Origin: Eledone cirrhosa
Taxonomy: Eukaryota
DNA length: 64,000 bases
Direction: 5' to 3'
Assembly (NCBI GenBank): GCA_964016885.1
Contig: OZ024741.1
Span: 256,804,001-256,868,000 of the forward strand
A program made the position numbers and the translations under genes. The notes under the pieces were generated by a model. It did not search any database. It worked only from the letters and a program-made list of their open reading frames with translations, and was not told where the DNA came from. Within the stretch, counting starts at the first letter, position 1, and every line of letters starts with the position of its first letter. Below, piece by piece: positions 24,682-39,600 of this stretch.

Positions 24682-27600
24682 CTTACGAGTGTTTCGACTT
24701 ACGAGTGTTTTGGCTTACGAATGTTTTGATTTACGGGTGTTTCGACTTACGGGTGTTTCGGCTTACGAGTGTTTCGACTTATGAGTGTTCCGACTTACGA
24801 GTGTTTCGACTTACGAGTGTTCTGACTACGAGTGTTCTGACTTACGGGTGCTCTGACTTACGAGTGTTTCGACTTACGAGGGTTTCGACTTATGAGTGTT
24901 TCGGCTTACGAGTGTTTTGACTTACGAGTGTTCTGACTACGAGTTTTCTGACTTACGAGTGTTTCGGCTTATGAGTGTTTCGACTTACGAGTGTTTCGGC
25001 TTATGAGTGTTTCGACTTACGAGTGTTTCGGCTTACGAGTGTTTCGACTTACGAGTGTTTCGACTTACGAGTGTTTCGACTTACGGGTGTTTCGACTTAC
25101 GAGTGTTTCGACTACGAGTGTTTCGACTTACGAGTGTTTCGGCTTACGAGTGTTTCGACATACGGGTGTTTCGACTTACGGTGTTTCGGCTTACGAGTGT
25201 TTCGACTTACGAGTGTTCTGACTTACGAGTGTTCCGACTTACGAGTGTTTCGGCTTACGAGTGTTTCGGCTTACGAGTGTTTCGACTTACGAGTGTTTCG
25301 ACTTACGAGTGTTTCGACTTACGAGTGTTTCGACTTACGAGTGTTTTGACTTACGGTGTTTCGGCTTACGAGTGTTTCGACTTACGAGTGTTTTGACTTA
25401 CTGGTGTTTTGACATACGAGTGTTTCGATACGAGTGTTTCGACTTACGAGTGTTCTGACTTACGAGTGTTCTGACTTACGAGTGTTCTAACTTACGAGTG
25501 TTCTGACTTACGAGTGTTCTGACTTACGAGTGTTCCGACTTACGAGTGTTTCGGCTCACCAGTGTTTCGGCTTACAATGTTTCGACTTACGAAAATAACA
25601 AATAGACGCGGTTTCAAATCTCTATGCTTTTCATATTCATTACATTAATCTTTATTTATACGTTTCGCCTTACGAGTGTTTCAACTTACGAGTGTTTCGA
25701 CTTACGAGTGTTTCGGCTGACGAGTGTTTCGACTTACGAGTGTTTTGACTTACGGGTGTTTTGACATACGAGTGTTTCGATACGAGTGTTCTGACTTACG
25801 AGTGTTCTGACTTACGAGTGTTCTGACTTACGAGTGTTCTGACTTACGAGTGTTCTGACATACGTGTGTTCTGACTTACGAGTGTTCCGATTTACGAGTG
25901 TTTCGGCTTATGAGTGTTTCGACTTACGAATGTTTTTGCTTACGGGTGTTTCGACTTACGAATGTTTTTGCTTACGAGTGTTTCGGCTTACGAGTGTTTC
26001 GACTTACGAAAATAACAAATAGACGTGGTTTCAAATCTCTATGCTTTTCAAATTCATTACATTAATCTTTATTTACACGTTTCGCTTTACTAGTGTTTCG
26101 ACTTACGAGTGTTTCGACTTACGAGTGTTTCGACTTACGAGTGTTTCGACTTACGAGTGTTTTGACTTACGAGTGTTCTGACTTACGAGTGTTCTGAATT
26201 ACGAGTGTTTCGACTTACGAGCGTTCTGACTTACGAGTGTTCTGACTTACGAGTGTTCCGACTTACGAGTGTTTCGACTTACGAGTGTTTCGACTTACGA
26301 GTGTTTCGGCTTACGAGTGTTTTGACTTACGAATGTTCTGACTACGAGTGTTCTGACTTACGAGTGTTTCGGCTTATGAGTGTTTCGACTTACGAGTGTT
26401 TCGGCTTATGAGTGTTTCGACTTACGAGTGTTTCGGCTTACGATTGTTTCAACTTACGAGTGTTTCGACTTACGAGTGTTTCGACATACGGGTGTTTCGA
26501 CTTACGAGTGTTTCGACTACGAGTGTTTCGACTTACGAGTGTTTCGGCTTACGAGTGTTTCGACATACGGGTGTTTCGACTTACGGTGTTTCGGCTTACG
26601 AGTGTTTCGACTTACGAGTGTTCTGACTTACGAGTGTTCTGACTTACGAGTGTTCTGACTTACGAGTGTTCCGACTTACGAGTGTTTCGGCTTACGAGTG
26701 TTTCGGCTTACGAGTGTTTCGGCTTACGAGTGTTTCGACTTACGAGTGTTTTGACTTACTGGTGTTTTGACATACGAGTGTTTCGATACGAGTGTTTCGA
26801 CTTACGAGTGTTCTGACTTACGAGTGTTCTGACTTACGAGTGTTCTGACTGACGAGTGTTCTAACTTACGAGTGTTCTGACTTACGAGTGTTCTGACTTA
26901 CGAGTGTTTCGACTTACGAGTGTTTCGGCTTACGATTGTTTTGACTTACGAGTGTTTTGACTTACGGGTGTTTCGGCCTACGAGTGTTTCGACTTACGAG
27001 TGTTCTGACTTACGAGTGCACTGACTTACGAGCGTTTCGGCTTACGAGTGTTTCGACTTAAGAGTGTTCTGACTTACGAGTGTTTCGACTTACGAGCGTT
27101 CCGACTTACGAGTGTTTCGGCTTACGAGTGTTCCGACTTACGAGTGTTTCGACTTACGAGTGTTTCGACTTACGAGCGTTTTGACTTACGAGTGTTTTGA
27201 CTTACGGTGTTTCTGCTTACGAGTGTTTCGACTTACGAGTGTTAAGACTTACGGGTGTTTTGACATACGAGTGTTTCGACTTACGAGTGTTACGAGTGTT
27301 CTGACTTACGAGTGTTTCGACTTACGAGTGTTCTGACCTACGAGTGTTCTGACTTACGAGTGTTTCGACTTACGAGTGTTTTGACTTACGGGTGTTTCGA
27401 CTTACGAGTGTTTCGACTTACGAGTGTTTCGAGTTACGGGTGTTTCGACTTACGAGTGTTTTGACTTACGAGTGTTAAGACTTACGGGTGTTTTGACATA
27501 CGAGTGTTTCGATACGAGTGTTTCGACTTACGAGTGTTTTGACTTACGGGTGTTTTGACATACGAGTGTTTCGATACGAGTGTTTCGAGTACGAGTGTTT

Positions 27601-30600
27601 CGACTTACGAGTGTTTCGGCTTACGAGTGTTTCGACATACGGGTGTTTCGATTTACGGTGTTTCGGCTTACGAGTGTTTCGACTTACGAATGTTCTGACT
27701 TACGAGTGTTCTGACTTACGAGTGTTCTGACTTACGAGTGTTCTGACTTACGATTGTTCCGACTTACGAGTGTTTCGGCTTACGAGTGTTTCGGCTTACG
27801 AGTGTTTCGACTTACGAGTGTTTCGATTTACGAGTGTTTTGAATTACGAGTGCTTTGACTTACGGTGTTTCGGCTTACGAGTGTTTCGGCTTACGAGTGT
27901 TTCGACTTACGAAAATAACAAATAGACGCGGTTTCAAATCTCTATGGTTTTCAAATTCATTACATTAATCTTTATTTATACGTTTCGCTTTACGAGTGTT
28001 TCGACTTACGAGTGTTTCGACTTACGAGGGTTTCGGCTTACGATTGTTTTGACTTACGAGTGTTTTGACTTACGGGTGTTTCGGCTTACGAGTGTTTCGA
28101 CTTACGAGTGTTCTGACTTACGAGTGTTCTGACTTACGAGTGTTTCGGCTTACGAGTGTTTCGACTTACGAGTGTTGTGACTTACGAGTGTTTCGACTTA
28201 CGAGCGTTCCGACTTACGAGTGTTTCGGCTTACGAATGTTCCGACTTACGAGTGTTTCGACTTACGTGTGTTTCGACGTACGAGCGTTTTGACTTACGAG
28301 TGTTTTGACTTACGGTGTTTCTGCTTACGAGTGTTTCGACTTACGAGTGTTAAGACTTACGGGTGTTTTGACATACGAGTGTTTCGACTTACGAGTGTTA
28401 CGAGTGTTCTGACTTAAGAGTGTTTCGACTTACGAGTGTTCTGACCTACGAGTGTTCTGACTTACGTGTGTTTCGACTTACGAGTGTTTTGACTTACGGG
28501 TGTTTCGACTTACGAGTGTTTCGACTTACGAGTGTTTCGAGTTACGGGTGTTTCGACTTACGAGTGTTTTGACTTACGAGTGTTAAGACTTACGGGTGTT
28601 TTGACATACGAGTGTTTCGATACGAGTGTTTCGACTTACGAGTGTTTTGACTTACGGGTGTTTTGACATACGAGTGTTTCGATACGAGTGTTTCGAGTAC
28701 GAGTGTTTCGACTTACGAGTGTTTCGGCTTACGAGTGTTTCGACTTACGAGTGTTCTGACCTACGAGTGTTCTGACTTACGAGTGTTCCTACTTACGAGT
28801 GTTTCGACTTACGAGTGTTTCGACTTGCGAGTGTTTCGACTTACGAATGTTCCGACTTACGAAAATAACAAATAGACGCGGTTTCAAATATCTATGCTTT
28901 TCAAATTCATTACATTAATCTTTATTTATACGTTTCGCTTTACGAGTGTTTCGGCGTACGAGTGTTTCGACTTACGAGTGTTTTAACTTACGGTTGCTTC
29001 GACTTACGCGTGTTTCGACTACGAATGTTCCGACTTACGAGTGTTTCGACTTACGAGTGTTTCGACTTACGAGTGCTTTGACTTACGAATGTTTTGACTT
29101 ACTTCGACTTACGAGTGATCTGACTTACGAGTGTTCCTACTTACGAGTGTTCTGACTTACGTGTGTTTCGACTTACGAGTGTTTTGACTTACGGGTGTTT
29201 CGACTTACGAGTGTTTCGACTTACGAGTGTTTCGAGTTACGGGTGTTTCGACTTACGAGTGTTTTGACTTACGAGTGTTAAGACTTACGGGTGTTTTGAC
29301 ATACGAGTGTTTCGATACGAGTGTTTCGACTTACGAGTGTTTTGACTTACGGGTGTTTTGACATACGAGTGTTTCGATACGAGTGTTCTGACTTACGAGT
29401 GTTCTGACTTCCGAGTGTTCTGACTTACAAGTGTTCTGACTTACGAGTGTTCCGACTTACGAGTGATCTGACTTACGAGTGTTCCTACTTACGAGTGTTT
29501 CGACTTACCAGTGTTTCGACTTGCGAGTGTTTCGACTTACGAATGTTCCGACTTACGAAAATAACAAATAGACGCGGTTTCAAATATCTATGCTTTTCAA
29601 ATTCATTACATTAATCTTTATTTATACGTTTCGCTTTACGAGTGTTTCGGCGTACGAGTGTTTCGACTTACGAGTGTTTTAACTTACGGTTGTTTCGAAT
29701 TACGCGTGTTTCGACTACGAATGTTCCGACTTACGAGTGTTTCGACTTACGAGTGTTTCGACTTACGAGTGCTTTGACTTACGAATGTTTTGACTTACTT
29801 CGACTTACGAGTGATCTGACTTACGAGTGTTCCTACTTACGAGTGTTTCGACTTACGAGTGTTTCGACTTGCGAGTGTTTCGACATACGAGTGTTTCGAC
29901 TTACGAAAATAACAAATAGACGCGGTTTCAAATCTCTATGCTTTTCAAATTCATTACATTAATCTTTATTTATACGTTTCGCTTTACGAGTGTTTCGAGT
30001 TACGAGTGTTTCGACATACGAGTGATTCGGCTAACGAGTGTTTTGATTTACGAGTGTTTTGACTTACGGGTGCTTCGACTTACGCGTGTTTCGACTTACG
30101 AGTATTTCGACTTACGAGTGTTTCGACTTACGATTGTTTCGGCTTACGAGTGTTTCGACTTACGAGTGTTCTGACTACGAGTGTTCTGACTTACGGGTGT
30201 TCTGACTTACGAGTGTTCCGACTTACGAGTGTTTCGGCTTATGAGTGTTTCGACTTACAAGTGCTTCGACTTACGAGTGTTTCGGCTTACGGGTGTTTCG
30301 ACTTACGAATGTTTTTGCTTACGAGTGTTTCGGCTTACGAGTGTTTCGGCTTATGAGTGTTTCGGCTTATGAGTGTTTCGACTTACAAGTGTTTTGACTT
30401 ACGGGTGTTTTGACATACGAGTGTTTCGATACGAGTGTTCTGACTTACGAGTGTTTCCGCTTACGAGTGTTTCGGCTTACGAGTGTTTCGACTTACTAAT
30501 GTTTTTACTTACGAGTGTTTCGGTGTACGAGTGTTTCGACTTAAGGATGTTTCGACTTACGAGTGTTTCGACTTACGAGTGTTTCGACTTACGAGTGTTT

Positions 30601-33600
30601 CGATTTACGAGTGTTTTGGCTTACGAATGTTTTGACATACGGGTGTTTCGACTTACGGGTGTTTCGGCTTACGAGTGTTTCGACTTACGAGTGTTCCGAC
30701 TTACGAGTGTTTCGACTTACGAGTGTTTCGACTTACGAGCGTTTTGACTTACGAGTGTTTTGACTTACGGTGTTTCTGCTTACGAGTGTTTAGACTTACG
30801 AGGGTTAAGACTTACGGGTGTTTTGACATACGAGTGTTTCGACTTACGAGTGTTACGAGTGTTCTGACTTACGAGTGTTTCGACTTACGAGTGTTCTGAC
30901 CTACGAGTGTTCTGACTTACGAGTGTTTCGACTTACGAGTGTTTCGAGTTATGAGTGTTCCGACTTACGAGTGTTTCGACTTACGAGTGTTCTGACTACG
31001 AGTGTTCTGACTTACGGGTGCTCTGACTTACGAGTGTTTCGACTTACGAGTGTTTCGACTTATGAGTGTTTCGGCTTACGAGTGTTTTGACTTACGAGTG
31101 TTCTGACTACGAGTGTTCTGACTTACGAGTGTTTCGGCTTATGAGTGTTTCGACTTACGAGTGTTTCGGCTTATGAGTGTTTCGACTTACGAGTGTTTCG
31201 GCTTACGAGTGTTTCGACTTACGAGTGTTTCGACTTACGAGTGTTTCAACTTACGAGTGTTTCGACTTACGAGTGTTTCGACTTACGGGTGTTTCGACTT
31301 ACGAGTGTTTCGACTACGAGTGTTTCGACTTACGAGTGTTTCGGCTTACGAGTGTTTCGACATACGGGTGTTTCGACTTACGGTGTTTCGGCTTACGAGT
31401 GTTTCGACTTACGAGTGTTCTGACTTACGAGTGTTCTGACTTACGAGTGTTCCGACTTACGAGTGTTTCGGCTTACGAGTGTTTCGACTTACGAGTGTTT
31501 CGACTTACGAGTGTTTTGACTTACGGTGTTTCGGCTTACGAGTGTTTCGACTTACGAGTGTTTTGACTTACTGGTGTTTTGACATACGAGTGTTTCGATA
31601 CGAGTGTTTCGACTTACGAGTGTTCTGACTTACGAGTGTTCTGACTTACGAGTGTTCTAACTTACGAGTGTTCTGACTTACGAGTGTTCTGACTTACGAG
31701 TGTTCCGACTTACGAGTGTTTCGGCTCACCAGTGTTTCGGCTTACGAGTGTTTCGACTTACGAAAATAACAAATAGACGCGGTTTCAAATCTCTATGCTT
31801 TTCATATTCATTACATTAATCTTTATTTATACGTTTCGCCTTACGAGTGTTTCGACTTACGAGTGTTTCGACTTACGAGTGTTTCGGCTTACGAGTGTTT
31901 CGACTTACGAGTGTTTTGACTTACGGGTGTTTTGACATACGAGTGTTTCGATACGAGTGTTCTGACTTACGAGTGTTTCGGCTTATGAGTGTTTCGACTT
32001 ACGAATGTTTTTGCTTACGGGTGTTTCGACTTACGAATGTTTTTGCTTACGAGTGTTTCGGCTTACGAGTGTTTCGACTTACGAGTGTTTCGGCTTACGA
32101 GTGTTTTGACTTACGAATGTTCTGACTACGAGTGTTCTGACTTACGAGTGTTTCGGCTTATGAGTGTTTCGGCTTACGAGTGTTTCGACATACGGGTGTT
32201 TCGACTTACGGTGTTTCGGCTTACGAGTGTTTCGACTTACGAGTGTTCTGACTTACGAGTGTTCTGACTTACGAGTGTTCTGACTTACGAGTGTTCCGAC
32301 TTACGAGTGTTTCGGCTTACGAGTGTTTCGGCTTACGAGTGTTTCGGCTTACGAGTGTTTCGACTTACGAGTGTTTCGACTTACGAGTGTTTCGACTTAC
32401 GAGTGTTTTGACTTACGGTGTTTCGGCTTACGAGTGTTTCGACTTACGAATGTTTTGACTTACTGGTGTTTTGACATACGAGTGTTTCGATACGAGTGTT
32501 TCGACTTACGAGTGTTCTGACTTACGAGTGTTCTGACTTACGAGTGTTCTGACTGACGAGTGTTCTAACTTACGAGTGTTCTGACTTACGAGTGTTCTGA
32601 CTTACGAGTGTTCCGACTTACGAGTGTTTCGGCTCACCAGTGTTTCGGCTTACGAGTGTTTCGACTTACGAAAATAACAAATAGACGCGGTTTCAAATCT
32701 CTATACTTTTCAAATTCATTACATTAATCTTTATTTATACGTTTCGCTTTACGAGTGTTTCGACTTACGAGTGTTTCGACTTACGAGTGTTTCGGCTTAC
32801 GATTGTTTTGACTTACGAGTGTTTTGACTTACGGGTGTTTCGGCCTACGAGTGTTTCGACTTACGAGTGTTCTGACTTACGAGTGTTCTGACTTACGAGC
32901 GTTCCGACTTACGAGTGTTTCGGCTTACGAGTGTTCCGACTTACGAGTGTTTCGACTTACGAGTGTTTCGACTTACGAGCGTTTTGACTTACGAGTGTTT
33001 TGACTTACGGTGTTTCTGCTTACGAGTGTTTCGACTTACGAGGGTTAAGACTTACGGGTGTTTTGACATACGAGTGTTTCGACTTACGAGTGTTACCAGT
33101 GTTCTGACTTACGAGTGTTTCGACTTACGAGTGTTCTGACCTACGAGTGTTCTGACTTACGAGTGTTTCGACTTACGAGTGTTTTGACTTACGGGTGTTT
33201 CGACTTACGAGTGTTTCGACTTACGAGTGTTTCGAGTTACGGGTGTTTCGACTTACGAGTGTTTTGACTTACGAGTGTTAAGACTTACGGGTGTTTTGAC
33301 ATACGAGTGTTTCGATACGAGTGTTTCGACTTACGAGTGTTTTGACTTACGGGTGTTTTGACATACGAGTGTTTCGAAACGAGTGTTTCGACTACGAGTG
33401 TTTCGACTTACGAGTGTTTCGGCTTACGAGTGTTTCGACATACGGGTGTTTCGATTTACGGTGTTTCGGCTTACGAGTGTTTCGACTTACGAATGTTCTG
33501 ACTTACGAGTGTTCTGACTTACGAGTGTTCTGACTTACGAGTGTTCTGACTTACGATTGTTCCGACTTACGAGTGTTTCGGCTTACGAGTGTTTCGGCTT

Positions 33601-36600
33601 ACGAGTGTTTCGACTTACGAGTGTTTCGATTTACGAGTGTTTCGACTTACGAGTGTTTTGACTTACGGTGTTTCGGCTTACGAGTGTTTCGACTTACGAG
33701 TGTTTTGACTTACTGGTGTTTTGACATACGAGGGTTTCGATACGAGTGTTTCGACTTACGAGTGTTCTGACTTACGAGTGTTCTGACTTACGAGTGTTCT
33801 GACTGACGAGTGTTCTAACTTACGAGTGTTCTGACTTACGAGTGTTCTGACTTACGAGTGTTCCGACTTACGAGTGTTTCGGCTCACCAGTGTTTCGGCT
33901 TACGAGTGTTTCGACTTACGAAAATAACAAATAGACGCGGTTTCAAATCTCTATACTTTTCAAATTCATTACATTAATCTTTATTTATACGTTTCGCTTT
34001 ACGAGTGTTTCGACTTACGAGTGTTTCGACTTACGAGTGTTTCGGCTTACGATTGTTTTGACTTACGAGTGTTTTGACTTACGGGTGTTTCGGCCTACGA
34101 GTGTTTCGACTTACGAGTGTTCTGACTTACGAGTGTTCTGACTTACGAGCGTTCCGACTTACGAGTGTTTCGGCTTACGAGTGTTCCGACTTACGAGTGT
34201 TTCGACTTACGAGTGTTTCGACTTACGAGCGTTTTGACTTACTAGTGTTTTGACTTACGGTGTTTCTGCTTACGAGTGTTTCGACTTACGAGGGTTAAGA
34301 CTTACGGGTGTTTTGACATACGAGTGTTTCGACTTACGAGTGTTACCAGTGTTCTGACTTACGAGTGTTCTGACTTACGAGTGTTCTGACTTACGAGTGT
34401 TCTGACTTACGAGTGTTCTGACATACGTGTGTTCTGACTTACGAGTGTTCCGATTTACGAGTGTTTCGGCTTATGAGTGTTTCGACTTACGAATGTTTTT
34501 GCTTACGGGTGTTTCGACTTACGAATGTTTTTGCTTACGAGTGTTTCGGCTTACGAGTGTTTCGACTTACGAAAATAACAAATAGACGTGGTTTCAAATC
34601 TCTATGCTTTTCAAATTCATTACATTAATCTTTATTTACACGTTTCGCTTTACTAGTGTTTCGACTTACGAGTGTTTCGACTTACGAGTGTTTCGACTTA
34701 CGAGTGTTTCGACTTACGAGTGTTTTGACTTACGAGTGTTCTGACTTACGAGTGTTCTGAATTACGAGTGTTTCGACTTACGAGTGTTCTGACTTACGAG
34801 TGTTCTGACTTACGAGTGTTCCGACTTACGAGTGTTTCGACTTACGAGTGTTTCGACTTACGAGTGTTTCGGCTTACGAGTGTTTTGACTTACGAATGTT
34901 CTGACTACGAGTGTTCTGACTTACGAGTGTTTCGGCTTATGAGTGTTTCGACTTACGAGTGTTTCGGCTTATGAGTGTTTCGACTTACGAGTGTTTCGGC
35001 TTACGATTGTTTCAACTTACGAGTGTTTCGACTTACGAGTGTTTCGACATACGGGTGTTTCGACTTACGAGTGTTTCGACTACGAGTGTTTCGACTTACG
35101 AGTGTTTCGGCTTACGAGTGTTTCGACTTACGAGTGTTTTGGCTTACGAATGTTTTGATTTACGGGTGTTTCGACTTACGGGTGTTTCGGCTTACGAGTG
35201 TTTCGACTTATGAGTGTTCCGACTTACGAGTGTTTCGACTTACGAGTGTTCTGACTACGAGTGTTCTGACTTACGGGTGCTCTGACTTACGAGTGTTTCG
35301 ACTTACGAGGGTTTCGACTTATGAGTGTTTCGGCTTACGAGTGTTTTGACTTACGAGTGTTCTGACTACGAGTTTTCTGACTTACGAGTGTTTCGGCTTA
35401 TGAGTGTTTCGACTTACGAGTGTTTCGGCTTATGAGTGTTTCGACTTACGAGTGTTTCGGCTTACGAGTGTTTCGACTTACGAGTGTTTCGACTTACGAG
35501 TGTTTCGACTTACGGGTGTTTCGACTTACGAGTGTTTCGACTACGAGTGTTTCGACTTACGAGTGTTTCGGCTTACGAGTGTTTCGACATACGGGTGTTT
35601 CGACTTACGGTGTTTCGGCTTACGAGTGTTTCGACTTACGAGTGTTCTGACTTACGAGTGTTCCGACTTACGAGTGTTTCGGCTTACGAGTGTTTCGGCT
35701 TACGAGTGTTTCGACTTACGAGTGTTTCGACTTACGAGTGTTTCGACTTACGAGTGTTTCGACTTACGAGTGTTTTGACTTACGGTGTTTCGGCTTACGA
35801 GTGTTTCGACTTACGAGTGTTTTGACTTACTGGTGTTTTGACATACGAGTGTTTCGATACGAGTGTTTCGACTTACGAGTGTTCTGACTTACGAGTGTTC
35901 TGACTTACGAGTGTTCTAACTTACGAGTGTTCTGACTTACGAGTGTTCTGACTTACGAGTGTTCCGACTTACGAGTGTTTCGGCTCACCAGTGTTTCGGC
36001 TTACAATGTTTCGACTTACGAAAATAACAAATAGACGCGGTTTCAAATCTCTATGCTTTTCATATTCATTACATTAATCTTTATTTATACGTTTCGCCTT
36101 ACGAGTGTTTCAACTTACGAGTGTTTCGACTTACGAGTGTTTCGGCTGACGAGTGTTTCGACTTACGAGTGTTTTGACTTACGGGTGTTTTGACATACGA
36201 GTGTTTCGATACGAGTGTTCTGACTTACGAGTGTTCTGACTTACGAGTGTTCTGACTTACGAGTGTTCTGACTTACGAGTGTTCTGACATACGTGTGTTC
36301 TGACTTACGAGTGTTCCGATTTACGAGTGTTTCGGCTTATGAGTGTTTCGACTTACGAATGTTTTTGCTTACGGGTGTTTCGACTTACGAATGTTTTTGC
36401 TTACGAGTGTTTCGGCTTACGAGTGTTTCGACTTACGAAAATAACAAATAGACGTGGTTTCAAATCTCTATGCTTTTCAAATTCATTACATTAATCTTTA
36501 TTTACACGTTTCGCTTTACTAGTGTTTCGACTTACGAGTGTTTCGACTTACGAGTGTTTCGACTTACGAGTGTTTCGACTTACGAGTGTTTTGACTTACG

Positions 36601-39600
36601 AGTGTTCTGACTTACGAGTGTTCTGAATTACGAGTGTTTCGACTTACGAGCGTTCTGACTTACGAGTGTTCTGACTTACGAGTGTTCCGACTTACGAGTG
36701 TTTCGACTTACGAGTGTTTCGACTTACGAGTGTTTCGGCTTACGAGTGTTTTGACTTACGAATGTTCTGACTACGAGTGTTCTGACTTACGAGTGTTTCG
36801 GCTTATGAGTGTTTCGACTTACGAGTGTTTCGGCTTATGAGTGTTTCGACTTACGAGTGTTTCGGCTTACGATTGTTTCAACTTACGAGTGTTTCGACTT
36901 ACGAGTGTTTCGACATACGGGTGTTTCGACTTACGAGTGTTTCGACTACGAGTGTTTCGACTTACGAGTGTTTCGGCTTACGAGTGTTTCGACATACGGG
37001 TGTTTCGACTTACGGTGTTTCGGCTTACGAGTGTTTCGACTTACGAGTGTTCTGACTTACGAGTGTTCTGACTTACGAGTGTTCTGACTTACGAGTGTTC
37101 CGACTTACGAGTGTTTCGGCTTACGAGTGTTTCGGCTTACGAGTGTTTCGGCTTACGAGTGTTTCGACTTACGAGTGTTTTGACTTACTGGTGTTTTGAC
37201 ATACGAGTGTTTCGATACGAGTGTTTCGACTTACGAGTGTTCTGACTTACGAGTGTTCTGACTTACGAGTGTTCTGACTGACGAGTGTTCTAACTTACGA
37301 GTGTTCTGACTTACGAGTGTTCTGACTTACGAGTGTTTCGACTTACGAGTGTTTCGGCTTACGATTGTTTTGACTTACGAGTGTTTTGACTTACGGGTGT
37401 TTCGGCCTACGAGTGTTTCGACTTACGAGTGTTCTGACTTACGAGTGCACTGACTTACGAGCGTTTCGGCTTACGAGTGTTTCGACTTAAGAGTGTTCTG
37501 ACTTACGAGTGTTTCGACTTACGAGCGTTCCGACTTACGAGTGTTTCGGCTTACGAGTGTTCCGACTTACGAGTGTTTCGACTTACGAGTGTTTCGACTT
37601 ACGAGCGTTTTGACTTACGAGTGATTTGACTTACGGTGTTTCTGCTTACGAGTGTTTCGACTTACGAGTGTTAAGACTTACGGGTGTTTTGACATACGAG
37701 TGTTTCGACTTACGAGTGTTACGAGTGTTCTGACTTACGAGTGTTTCGACTTACGAGTGTTCTGACCTACGAGTGTTCTGACTTACGAGTGTTTCGACTT
37801 ACGAGTGTTTTGACTTACGGGTGTTTCGACTTACGAGTGTTTCGACTTACGAGTGTTTCGAGTTACGGGTGTTTCGACTTACGAGTGTTTTGACTTACGA
37901 GTGTTAAGACTTACGGGTGTTTTGACATACGAGTGTTTCGATACGAGTGTTTCGACTTACGAGTGTTTTGACTTACGGGTGTTTTGACATACGAGTGTTT
38001 CGATACGAGTGTTTCGAGTACGAGTGTTTCGACTTACGAGTGTTTCGGCTTACGAGTGTTTCGACATACGGGTGTTTCGATTTACGGTGTTTCGGCTTAC
38101 GAGTGTTTCGACTTACGAATGTTCTGACTTACGAGTGTTCTGACTTACGAGTGTTCTGACTTACGAGTGTTCTGACTTACGATTGTTCCGACTTACGAGT
38201 GTTTCGGCTTACGAGTGTTTCGGCTTACGAGTGTTTCGACTTACGAGTGTTTCGATTTACGAGTGTTTTGAATTACGAGTGCTTTGACTTACGGTGTTTC
38301 GGCTTACGAGTGTTTCGGCTTACGAGTGTTTCGACTTACGAAAATAACAAATAGACGCGGTTTCAAATCTCTATGGTTTTCAAATTCATTACATTAATCT
38401 TTATTTATACGTTTCGCTTTACGAGTGTTTCGACTTACGAGTGTTTCGACTTACGAGGGTTTCGGCTTACGATTGTTTTGACTTACGAGTGTTTTGACTT
38501 ACGGGTGTTTCGGCTTACGAGTGTTTCGACTTACGAGTGTTCTGACTTACGAGTGTTCTGACTTACGAGTGTTTCGGCTTACGAGTGTTTCGACTTACGA
38601 GTGTTGTGACTTACGAGTGTTTCGACTTACGAGCGTTCCGACTTACGAGTGTTTCGGCTTACGAATGTTCCGACTTACGAGTGTTTCGACTTACGTGTGT
38701 TTCGACGTACGAGCGTTTTGACTTACGAGTGTTTTGACTTACGGTGTTTCTGCTTACGAGTGTTTCGACTTACGAGTGTTAAGACTTACGGGTGTTTTGA
38801 CATACGAGTGTTTCGACTTACGAGTGTTACGAGTGTTCTGACTTAAGAGTGTTTCGACTTACGAGTGTTCTGACCTACGAGTGTTCTGACTTACGTGTGT
38901 TTCGACTTACGAGTGTTTTGACTTACGGGTGTTTCGACTTACGAGTGTTTCGACTTACGAGTGTTTCGAGTTACGGGTGTTTCGACTTACGAGTGTTTTG
39001 ACTTACGAGTGTTAAGACTTACGGGTGTTTTGACATACGAGTGTTTCGATACGAGTGTTTCGACTTACGAGTGTTTTGACTTACGGGTGTTTTGACATAC
39101 GAGTGTTTCGATACGAGTGTTTCGAGTACGAGTGTTTCGACTTACGAGTGTTTCGGCTTACGAGTGTTTCGACTTACGAGTGTTCTGACCTACGAGTGTT
39201 CTGACTTACGAGTGTTCCTACTTACGAGTGTTTCGACTTACGAGTGTTTCGACTTGCGAGTGTTTCGACTTACGAATGTTCCGACTTACGAAAATAACAA
39301 ATAGACGCGGTTTCAAATATCTATGCTTTTCAAATTCATTACATTAATCTTTATTTATACGTTTCGCTTTACGAGTGTTTCGGCGTACGAGTGTTTCGAC
39401 TTACGAGTGTTTTAACTTACGGTTGCTTCGACTTACGCGTGTTTCGACTACGAATGTTCCGACTTACGAGTGTTTCGACTTACGAGTGTTTCGACTTACG
39501 AGTGCTTTGACTTACGAATGTTTTGACTTACTTCGACTTACGAGTGATCTGACTTACGAGTGTTCCTACTTACGAGTGTTCTGACTTACGTGTGTTTCGA

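Larger units (their letters stand above)
3420..26570 (+). repeat. Higher-order repeat: ~3420-14526 is repeated at ~15479-26569 (offset 12059, then 12043 after loss of one monomer near 25220)
   Basis: Inserts and ORF-track entries recur at constant offset: 3648/15707, 5532/17591, 8960/21019, 11045/23104 and 12916/24975 (12059), then 14162/26205 (12043). Confidence 0.93.
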
